From: Kiritimatiellia bacterium
GTDB taxonomy: Bacteria; Verrucomicrobiota; Kiritimatiellia; RFP12; UBA1067
Length of the DNA: 64,000 nucleotides
Reading direction: 5' to 3'
Assembly: GCA_017427485.1 (NCBI GenBank)
Contig: JAFRSR010000121.1
Coordinates: 5,656 to 69,655, forward strand
Shown: piece after piece, positions 1-7,800 of the stretch
Layout: every line of letters starts with the position of its first letter
Numbering within the stretch: position 1 is the stretch's first letter
Made by a program: the position numbers and the translations under genes
The notes under the pieces: generated by a model
What the model saw: only the letters and a program-made list of their open reading frames with translations
Databases searched by the model: none
What the model was told of the DNA's origin: nothing

Positions 1-933
1 GGCGACAAGGAACGCGAGGAGAAACTCGTGCGCCTCTTCGACGACTTCCTGCCGGGCGGCAAGCTGAGCTTCTGCTGCTCGCGTCCGTACCACGTGGACG
101 ACACGATCTTCGGCGCGCTCCCCTACGAGATCTACCTCGGCACGAAGGAGCCGAAGTACCTTGCGCTCGGCAACTACTACGCCGACACGCAGTGGACGCC
201 GCCTTGCGACGGCACGTTGAAGGAGCGCCACGCCCTGCCGCGCGAGAAGCAGGAGGAGTTCTGGAAGGGCGGGTACACGCCGCAGACGCGTCTCTGGATC
301 GACGACATGTACATGATCACCGTGCTCCAGAGCCAGGCCTACCGCGCGACGGGCAACCGCACCTACATCGAGCGCACCGCGCGCGAGATGTGCCTCTACC
401 TCGACGAGCTCCAGCTCAAGGAAGGCCCCGCGAAGGGGCTCTTCTACCACGCGCCCGACGTGCGGTACGTGTGGGGGCGCGGCGACGGCTGGATGGCGGC
501 CGGCATGGCGCTCGTCCTCGACCGCCTGCCGGAGGACAGCGAGTATCGCGCGCGGATCATGTCGGGCTACCGCCTGATGATGGAGACGCTCCTCCACTTC
601 CAGCGCGCGGACGGCCTCTGGAACCAGCTCGTGGACCGTCCTGACGATCCCCGCAACTGGGGCGAGACCTCCTGCTCGGCGATGTTCGCGTATGCGTTCG
701 TGACGGGCGTCAAGCGCGGCTGGCTGCCGAAGGAGTCGTACGGCCCCGCGTTCCGCAAGGCATGGCTCGCGCTCTGCGACCACCTCGACGAGTTCGCGAA
801 CATCTCCGACGTGTGCGTCGGCACGGGCAAGAAGGACGACCTGCAGTACTACTTCGACCGCCCGCGCGTGAACGGCGATCCCCACGGCCAGGCCCCCATG
901 CTCTGGATTTCCTCCGTGTTGCTGGAGAAATAA
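1..933 (+). CDS. Glycoside hydrolase family 88/105 (unsaturated glycuronyl hydrolase), 5' partial
   Basis: Frame is open from base 1. Motifs LWIDDMYM, WGRGDGW, ETSCSAMFAY and DPHGQAP are typical of GH105/GH88. Confidence 0.85.
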   Translation, partial: GDKEREEKLVRLFDDFLPGGKLSFCCSRPYHVDDTIFGALPYEIYLGTKEPKYLALGNYYADTQWTPPCDGTLKERHALPREKQEEFWKGGYTPQTRLWIDDMYMITVLQSQAYRATGNRTYIERTAREMCLYLDELQLKEGPAKGLFYHAPDVRYVWGRGDGWMAAGMALVLDRLPEDSEYRARIMSGYRLMMETLLHFQRADGLWNQLVDRPDDPRNWGETSCSAMFAYAFVTGVKRGWLPKESYGPAFRKAWLALCDHLDEFANISDVCVGTGKKDDLQYYFDRPRVNGDPHGQAPMLWISSVLLEK

Positions 934-983
934 TAGAGTGCTCCACTTGGTAGAAAACGAAAGATGCCAGGATCGGTGAGATA

Positions 984-1171
984 GCGGTGCGTGATGCCGT
1001 ATGGGGAGCCGCCGTCTCGGCGGCGGTCGGTGCGTGATGCCGTATGGGGAGCCGCCATCTTGGCGGCGTCTGCTGCGGATACAGCCGCCGGGACGGCGGC
1101 TCCCCATGCTGCGGCGTGCCCTGTGTCCTGCACGATTCGCAGATGCGCCCCAAACGAAACGAAAAACCGCC
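984..1171. repeat. REP-like palindrome cluster; 1032-1171 is copy 1 of a 140-bp direct repeat
   Basis: Tandem units cggtgcgtgatgccgtatggggagccgcc...ggcggc followed by the inverse unit gccgccgggacggcggctccccat. 1032-1171 matches 13258-13397 with 8 mismatches by manual alignment. Confidence 0.9.
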
Positions 1172-1206
1172 TTGCGCCGCAGGGCGGTTTTTGGTATTCT
1201 ATCGCC

Positions 1207-1455
1207 CGTTCTGCGGATTGGGCCTTGAAAACCCAGCCCAAGGGACAGACAGATTACCCGCGCGGGAGGGGCGAGCAACCGTAGCCACCGCCGCGTTTGG
1301 GTTTTGCGTCAGTGGTGAAGCCTGAGAAACTAAACCAAAGAACGGCGCTTGAAGAAGGACACTGCCTTCGTGCAGTCTCGCCTCCTTCGTGTATCGTTCG
1401 AAGGTTCTCTCAGGCACCTACCCTGATGCATCGGAGGGGGTGTCTATTTTCCCGC
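1207..1455 (+). ncRNA. Candidate structured non-coding RNA (possibly 6S-like)
   Basis: Lies downstream of a ttgcgc...TGgTATTCT promoter-like motif. Long imperfect hairpin: tgcgtcag/ctgatgca, ggtg/cacc, gcctgaga/tctcaggc, gaacg/cgttc, with an A-rich internal bubble. No credible ORF. Confidence 0.3.
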
Positions 1456-1470
1456 ATCGTTTCCGAAATC

Positions 1471-1500
1471 TGGTAGGGCGGCGTGTCCCCACGCCACCGC
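1471..1500 (+). repeat. GTAG-type REP
   Basis: tGGTAGggcggcgtgtccccacgccacc, with hairpin ggcgtg/cacgcc. Confidence 0.75.
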
Positions 1501-1578
1501 TCGGGAAAGCGGCACTCCTGCCGCTTCTTCGAAAAAAGGGGAAAGAGGCGATTTGAAGAAAACCGAAAGGAAACGAAG

Positions 1579-2595
1579 ATGGGCATGAAGCGAACGATGA
1601 TGATTGCCGGGCTGGCGGCAATTCTGGGAGGGCCGGCCGCCGTGCCGGCCCAGGCGGCGGTGAGCGTGACGGACGTCACCGCCAAACAGCGCTACCCCTG
1701 GAACGGCCTCGTCGATATCACGTGCAACGTGGCGGGCATCGACGGCGAGACGAACGGCTTGAAATTCGCGGTCGCGGCGGTGATGCCGGATACGGGCAAC
1801 GCACGCAGCGCACGGAATTTTTGGGTGGTGCAGGGCGGCACCAACTCTACAGATCGCGAGGTTCATGCGAACGGCAGCTACCGCCTTCTGTGGGACGCCC
1901 GCGCAGACCTCGGCATCGTGCGCTACACGAACATGGTCGTGCGCGTCAATTTCGATACCCATGAAAAAGTGCAGCTCTGGGAAGGCGGCCCGTATTGGGC
2001 CACCACCAACATCGGCGCCGAAAATCCGGAAGACTACGGCTATTACTTCTGGTGGGGCGACACGGTGGGCTACAGGCGCGAAGGCAACGCCTGGGTGGCG
2101 ACCGACGGCTCGTCTTCCAATTTCTCTTTCGGTTCCGGCAACACCCCGACTTACAATAAAACTCCAGCCACCTTGCAAAGCGAGGGCTGGGTCGTGTCGG
2201 AGAACGGCACGTACGTGCTTGCACCGGAGCATGATGCGGCGCAGGTACAGTGGGGCGGCGGCTGGCGTATGCCGACGTATCAGGAACTGAACGATCTCTG
2301 CTACAACAAGTGCGACTGGACGTGGACGACGCAGAACGGCGTGAATGGCTACGTCGTTCGCGGACGGGGCGACTACGCCTCCGCGAGCATCTTTCTCCCC
2401 TGCGCCGGCTACGGCGACGGGACTTCGCTCAGCAATTCCGGTTCGTACGGCCGCTGCTGGTCGTCCGTCCCGCTCTCGGACAGCAACGGCTCGTGGTACC
2501 TCTACTTCTATTCGGGCGACCACGGCACGTACAGCAACTACTACTACCGCAACTACGGTTTATCGGTTCGCCCTGTCCAAGGGTTCGCCCAATAG
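1579..2595 (+). CDS. Secreted DGR target-type protein with C-terminal C-type-lectin-fold (DUF1566/Fib_succ_major-like) domain
   Basis: Signal peptide and N-terminal QRYPWNG domain. Motifs KVQLWEGGPYWATTNIGA, WRMPT..EL, IFLPCAG, WSS and terminal GLSVRPV are characteristic of DGR variable proteins. Immediately upstream of a DGR RT. Confidence 0.85.
   Translation: MGMKRTMMIAGLAAILGGPAAVPAQAAVSVTDVTAKQRYPWNGLVDITCNVAGIDGETNGLKFAVAAVMPDTGNARSARNFWVVQGGTNSTDREVHANGSYRLLWDARADLGIVRYTNMVVRVNFDTHEKVQLWEGGPYWATTNIGAENPEDYGYYFWWGDTVGYRREGNAWVATDGSSSNFSFGSGNTPTYNKTPATLQSEGWVVSENGTYVLAPEHDAAQVQWGGGWRMPTYQELNDLCYNKCDWTWTTQNGVNGYVVRGRGDYASASIFLPCAGYGDGTSLSNSGSYGRCWSSVPLSDSNGSWYLYFYSGDHGTYSNYYYRNYGLSVRPVQGFAQ
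2401..2580 (+). other. Putative DGR variable region (VR)
   Basis: Non-conserved positions are mostly NNC/NAY codons (tac, gac, agc, cgc, tgc, cac, aac), as expected from adenine mutagenesis of AAC codons. It is followed by the hairpin gttcgc-ccaata-gcgaac (2583-2600). Confidence 0.7.
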
Positions 2596-2612
2596 CGAAC
2601 GAAGTGAGCGCA

Positions 2613-2638
2613 TTCAATTCTTCAATTCTTTAATTCTT
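2613..2638. repeat. 8-bp tandem repeat (ttcaattc)x3
   Basis: ttcaattc ttcaattc tttaattc tt, directly after the target stop codon and hairpin. Confidence 0.7.
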
Positions 2639-2660
2639 ATGGTGGAATGGTAGGCAGAAT

Positions 2661-2718
2661 TGGTAGGGCGCGTTGTCCCCAACGCGCCGCGGCGGCGTGA
2701 GGACACGCCACTCTACCA
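2661..2718. repeat. GTAG REP doublet (REPIN-like)
   Basis: tGGTAGggcgcgttg-tccc-caacgcgcc ... ggcgtgaggacacgccactCTACCa: two inverted REP units. Confidence 0.8.
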
Positions 2719-2730
2719 TGAAAGGCGAAT

Positions 2731-4827
2731 ATGGCATCGATTGAGAACAGCCTGAAATACGAATCCGAAGTGGAGCCGGGAAAGATCCGGCTCGTCACGT
2801 CGGGCGAGTTCGTGCGCGCCTACAACCGCAGCGCGTGGCTGTTCTACTGCTGCATCTCGAAATACAAGGTGATACGGAAATACTCCAAGCAGCAGCAGAA
2901 GGACGTGTACTTCCTCGGGTTTCCCGTGAGCAAGCTGCTGGAGCTTGCGAACGGGCGCGTGTGCACGAAGACGGACTTCGGGTACGACGTCATCCACGAC
3001 CCGAAGATGCGCGAGGTGTTCGCGGCGGAATTCCGCGACCGGGTGGTACACCACCTCTTCTACAACTACACGCATGAACTCTTCGAGCGCACGTTCATCG
3101 CGGACAGCTACAGTTGCATCGAGGGGCGCGGCACGCACTACGGGGTGGAGAGGTTGAAGCATCATCTCCTCTCCTGCTCGCAGAACTGGACGAAGCCGTG
3201 CTACGTGCTGAAGCTCGACGTGAAGGGCTACTTCATGAGCATCAACCGTGCGCGGCTGCTGGTGCGTTGCCGGGAGTTGCTGGGGAGGGTTAAATGTTCA
3301 CAAATGGCAAATGGCACAATTGTTCACAAATCACAAATGGCAAATAGCTGCGACGCGCGGAAGCCCTGCCGCATTTGCATTGATGGCATTGGTGGCAATT
3401 GTGAACAATTGAGATTTGTGAACAATGAAATCGCGTTGATGGATTGGCCTTTGGTGGACTACCTTCTCGAATCCATCTGCATGCTCGATCCAGTGGCGAA
3501 CTGTCGCATCATCGGCGACAGGGACGAATGGAAGCTGCTGCCGAAGGAGAAGTCGCTCTTCAACTCGAAGCCCGGATGCGGTCTGCCGATTGGCAACCTC
3601 TCGTCGCAACTGTTCAGCAACGTCTACCTCGGCGTGTTCGACGACTTCATGAAGCGCGAGCTCAAGTGCCGCCATTACGGACGGTACGTCGACGATGCGT
3701 ATGTGGTCGCGTCGTCGAAGGAGGAACTTTGGCGCATCGTGCCGAGGGCGAGGGAGTTCTTGCGCGACGAACTGGAACTTGAACTGAACGAGGCGAAGGT
3801 GCGCGTGATCGACGCGCGCAGGGGCGTGGAGTTCCTCGGCGCGTATGTGAAGCCGTACCGCACGTATCCGGCGAACAAGGCGCTTCGCAGGATGCGCGGG
3901 CGGCTGAAGTCGCTCGACTGGAGCGAAGGGCCGGACAAGGCGCAGACGCGCGTGAACAGCATGTTGGGCGTGCTTTCGCACTACGACTGCTGGCACGTGC
4001 GCAAGGTGATAACATGGGAAGCGCGGTTGCGCGAACACGGGCGCGTGACGGACGACTGCCTCAGGTTCGAGCCGGATCGGCTACCTGTCCCACACGGTGT
4101 CGTCGTGCGTCAGCAAGGCGGCGCAACGGACGAACGCGAGGATGCGACACTGCTCGCCCACGACCTCGTACACGATGCGATAGGGGCGGATGATCAGTTG
4201 ACGGAGGCGGTCCAGGTCGCGTGGCGGGGCGAGAAAGCATGCGAGCGGAATCCGGGAACCCATGGAGGGCATCGACTCAAGGAGGTTGACCTCCTCGGTG
4301 ATCTTGGCATGCCACCTGATGCCGTCCTCGTAGGAGAGCGCCGTGACGATGGCTCGGATTTGCTCCGTCAATTGTCCACCGGCATGGTTCGACCAGTCAA
4401 CGGTCATGCAAGTGTCCTTTCGTCAAGCTGCTTTTTGAGCCGGGCCATCAGGTCGTGGTGCGAAATGAACTCGCCGCGCTCGAACTGGTCGCGTGAGATT
4501 TCGACAGACCGTGAAAGTTCCTCGCGTTCGCGGCGGGCTTCGTTGTCGGCCCAGAGATCCTCGAAGTCGGATATGTCCAATAGGATGGAGGCCGCGTGTC
4601 CGTTCTGCGTGATGACGAGCGGACGGTGCGTCCGACGCGTCCGCTGCATGCAGTCCGCGAGGGTTTGGCGGCATTCGGTGTACGATACCACGTCCTTATC
4701 GAGGCGTGGGCGTTGCAAGGTCATTTCTTTGACGGGCATAGAATCTCCTGTGGGTGAAACGCCCATATTGTACAGCAAACCGTACAGGCATGTCAAGGGG
4801 GATGGAAAAAGCAATTTGAAAGGCTGA
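2731..4827 (+). CDS. DGR-type reverse transcriptase fused to an N-terminal MutS-N-like accessory domain; the RT-like part ends near 4080
   Basis: Motifs PKMREVFAAEFRDRVVHH, SYSCIEGRGT, LKLDVKGYFMSI, GLPIGNLSSQ (DGR [LI]GxxxSQ signature), YGRYVDD, EFLG, NSMLGVLSH. The first 87 aa (GEFVRAYNRSAWL...FLGFP) resemble MutS domain I-like DGR accessory proteins. The last ~250 codons are antisense to the TA operon. Confidence 0.9.
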   Translation: MASIENSLKYESEVEPGKIRLVTSGEFVRAYNRSAWLFYCCISKYKVIRKYSKQQQKDVYFLGFPVSKLLELANGRVCTKTDFGYDVIHDPKMREVFAAEFRDRVVHHLFYNYTHELFERTFIADSYSCIEGRGTHYGVERLKHHLLSCSQNWTKPCYVLKLDVKGYFMSINRARLLVRCRELLGRVKCSQMANGTIVHKSQMANSCDARKPCRICIDGIGGNCEQLRFVNNEIALMDWPLVDYLLESICMLDPVANCRIIGDRDEWKLLPKEKSLFNSKPGCGLPIGNLSSQLFSNVYLGVFDDFMKRELKCRHYGRYVDDAYVVASSKEELWRIVPRAREFLRDELELELNEAKVRVIDARRGVEFLGAYVKPYRTYPANKALRRMRGRLKSLDWSEGPDKAQTRVNSMLGVLSHYDCWHVRKVITWEARLREHGRVTDDCLRFEPDRLPVPHGVVVRQQGGATDEREDATLLAHDLVHDAIGADDQLTEAVQVAWRGEKACERNPGTHGGHRLKEVDLLGDLGMPPDAVLVGERRDDGSDLLRQLSTGMVRPVNGHASVLSSSCFLSRAIRSWCEMNSPRSNWSREISTDRESSSRSRRASLSAQRSSKSDMSNRMEAACPFCVMTSGRCVRRVRCMQSARVWRHSVYDTTSLSRRGRCKVISLTGIESPVGETPILYSKPYRHVKGDGKSNLKG
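3292..3430. repeat. AT-rich palindromic in-frame insert within the RT gene
   Basis: 3319-3336 and 3409-3426 are inverted repeats (17/18 match). Internal direct repeats tcacaaatggcaaat. Confidence 0.75.
4081..4407 (-). CDS. RelE/ParE family type II toxin
   Basis: 108 aa with MTVDWS...P.MG...LRQLIIRPYRIVYEV...ILAF pattern. Overlaps the antitoxin stop codon. Confidence 0.8.
   Translation of the reverse strand: MTVDWSNHAGGQLTEQIRAIVTALSYEDGIRWHAKITEEVNLLESMPSMGSRIPLACFLAPPRDLDRLRQLIIRPYRIVYEVVGEQCRILAFVRCAALLTHDDTVWDR
4404..4739 (-). CDS. Phd/YefM family antitoxin
   Basis: SYTECRQTLA...RPLVITQNGHAASILLDISDFE motif. AGGAGA RBS upstream of ATG at 4739. Confidence 0.85.
   Translation of the reverse strand: MPVKEMTLQRPRLDKDVVSYTECRQTLADCMQRTRRTHRPLVITQNGHAASILLDISDFEDLWADNEARREREELSRSVEISRDQFERGEFISHHDLMARLKKQLDERTLA
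4767..4796 (-). promoter_or_regulatory. TA promoter with overlapping TGTAC-N8-GTACA operator
   Basis: Minus strand TTGACA-18nt-TACAAT. The tgtac...gtaca palindrome resembles YefM/Phd autorepression operators. Confidence 0.7.
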
Positions 4828-4839
4828 AAGGAACGAAAA

Positions 4840-7800
4840 ATGAAAAGAATGTCGATGTTTCTGTTTGCGGCGGTCGCGGCAAACGCGATCCTCCCGGCAC
4901 GGGGTGGCGATTCCGCGCCGTTCCTGCTGGACACGGCGGACGGCACGCGCATAGCGACGGAGGGCGAGGCGATTCCGATTGCCTATTCGCCCCGCTGGGG
5001 CAACGCCGCAAGCTGTACGGTGACTGAAAGCGGGAGGGCCGCGCTTGTCGCGGCCGCGACCTCCGAAGGCACCACCACGTGGACGCCGCAGGGCACGGGC
5101 GGCCACACCCTCACGCACACGGCTGGCTCCACCACCTACACCGCGCAATTCGCGGTGCTGGGCGATGACGTGGAGACTCATGGCGGGACGATCCTTTCCA
5201 ATGAGACATGGGGGACGAATAAGGTTCATCTCGTCGTCGCGCCGATAACCCTTGGCGATAATGACTTTTCCCACTTCTATCGGCTTGAGATACAGTCTGG
5301 CGCCATTGTGAAGTTCATGCCTGGGACAGGCTTGTCGATCGAGTCCAACGCCTATTGTTCGGCTTCAGGGGCAATCTTCACGCATGTGAATGACGATACC
5401 ATAGGCGGCGACACGCTGATGGACGGCGATTCAACAAGCCCCGTGATAGACGACTACGCAGTGTCCAACATGCTGTCTTGGGATGATACGATTGAATTTC
5501 GTTACCGCACTGATCCGAATGTGACTCTGTCGGGAACAATTTCATCGGGCGAAACCTGGCGCGGACACAATATCTATTGTGTCACCGGTAACCTCACGGT
5601 TGCCTCTGGTGCGACGCTCACGATAATGCCCGGTGCTATTGTCAAATTCGCAGAAGGGAAATCGCTCACGGTCAACAGCGGCGCAATGCTCACGCTTCAA
5701 TCCGGCACGATCCTGAAGTTTGGCACGGGGTGCTCGCTCACGGTGAACGGTTTCTTGGACGCGCAGGGTACCCGCGCCGCGCCGATCGTTTTCACCTCAC
5801 TGAAGGACGACGCCCACGGCGGCGACACGAACGGGGATGGGGAGAAGACCTACGCCCAGGCAGGGGATTGGTATCAAATCAGCGTTCCCGGCACGGCCAA
5901 CTTCAACTACTGCCATGTACTGTACAACTCATCGACCGAGAACACGGGTGCGATCGATGCGCGCGGCGGCACGGTCAATTTCGACAACAGCGAAATTGCT
6001 CATACTAAGTACGAGTGCGTGAATGCCCACAACAGCGGTTATTTCACCGCCCGCAATTCGATATTCCGCGATTCTTCTCTTGGTTTCGGCTACTACGGGA
6101 GCGGTCGCGTCAAGGCGTACAACTGCGTGTTTGCCGACTTGACGGCGGGCATCAGACAAAGCGGCAAGACTCTGGTGAACTGCGTGTTCTATCGCTGCCT
6201 CGCCTTTACCGACCAAAGCGGTGATGGTAGCACGTTCAAGAACTGCGTGTTCTACAATCCATCTGGTTATGGTGCGCAGTCGTATTCCAAGTGCGGTTCC
6301 AACGGTAACATCTGGGACGATCCTCTCTTCGTCGACCCCGACAACGGCGATTTCCGCATTGCGGCGAACTCGCCGTGTGTGGACGCGGGCGACGGCACGG
6401 TCGCACCGGCGACCGATTACTGGGGTCAGCCACGCATGGACGTGAAGGCGGTCGCCGACACCGGTACGCCCAACTCCGACGGCGTGTGCCCCGACATTGG
6501 CATCTACGAGGTGCCCGGCACGGCGCCTGTGCCGCTGCCGGATCTGGCGGTGGTTTCGGTCGCGACAAGCGCGACCCTCCCGCTTGCGCCCGGAGACTCT
6601 TTGGCCGTTACCTACACCGTGACGAACCGCGGCGCGGCGGCGGTCTCCGGCCTCGTGCGCGACCTCTTCCGCTTCACGGGCGCGGACGCGGCGACGGCGG
6701 GCCTTACGGTCGATGCTGCCGAGATCGAGCAGGCGTACAGCGTGCCGACTGGCGGATGCGCCACGCTCACGGCCACCGTCACCGTGCCAATGCTCAAGGC
6801 TGGCAAGTGGAAAGTGGGCGTGATGGTGAATTCCGGGCGCGTTCCATACGAGGCGGTGATCGCGAACAATTTCGCTGAGGCGGACGAGATGATTACGGTT
6901 GCGGTCGAACCTTTTGCGGTCGGGGAGTCGAAAGACGTGGAAATCCCAGTTGGCGGCGTGGTTGGCGCGGCGGTGGTTGGACTACCCGCCACCGGCGGCG
7001 CGATCGTGGCGGCGCTGCCGAAGGGCGTCGTGTTCTACGCATCTGCGGGCTATGTGCCCGACGAAACGCGGCACGATGCGGCGGGTGTTCTGCTGGCCGA
7101 CGGACGCACGGCACTCTTCATTCCGGCGCACGAAGAGGGCGAGACGGTGTACGTCACGCTCGTGAACGATTCGAGGGCGGCACAGACGGTGGCGCTTGCG
7201 GCGCTGGCTTCAGGCGACGGCCTTGAAGTCGCGAAGCCCGCCGACGTGGCGGTGACGGCGAAAGGGCCGAAGGTGACGGCGAAGCTCGTGCTGCCGGAGA
7301 GCGTCCGAGACGGGCGCGTGTACGCCGCCTGGGTGGAATACTCGAACAGCGGCGACGAGGACGCCGAACTGCCGATCTTCACGGTCTCGCGCACCGGCGG
7401 CGGGGCGACGCTTTCGGCGACCGCGAAGGGAACGTATTCGGCGAATCCGCTTTCGCTCGTTGGGCTTGCGCCGTCCGCGCCGCGCGGGAAGCTGAAGCCG
7501 GGCGAGGCGGGGCGCGTGGCGTTCTACTTCATGTCGTCCGGCAATCTGTCGCTGAAGCTCGGCATGGTGACGGAAAAATCGACGTCCGTGCTGAACGGTT
7601 TCGCGACGGTCGCCGAATACCGCGCGGGGATGAGCGCGGCGGCGACGCGGCTCTGCGCGCGCGGCGGGGCGGAGCCGGGATTCACGGAGGTGCTTGCCCA
7701 GGCGCTCAACGAGAAGCGCGGCGCGGGCGGCGCGGCGGTGTGCGGAACTTTGAGGCATTCCGCCACGAAGATGCCGATGACGGGAGTGGAGGTGCATCTC

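Noticed and set aside
984-1110. CRISPR array
   Set aside because: Only two tandem units plus an inverted unit, no unique spacers and no cas genes. The pattern fits REP elements.
1215-1245. tRNA-Ser fragment (cttgaaaacc)
   Set aside because: Only an anticodon-loop-like 10-mer; no D arm, T arm or acceptor stem.
991-1325. Small ORFs across the repeat region
   Set aside because: They are translations of REP sequence, also reproduced at 13148-13516, with no RBS or family motifs.
1400-1415. Glycine riboswitch (ctctcagg)
   Set aside because: The upstream GGAGA and CCGAAG elements were not found, and ctctcaggc instead pairs with gcctgaga at ~1320.
2731-4080. Group II intron or retron RT
   Set aside because: It has GLPIGNLSSQ and YVDD rather than PQG/YADD, no retron VTG motif or intron domain V was seen, and a CLec target is adjacent.
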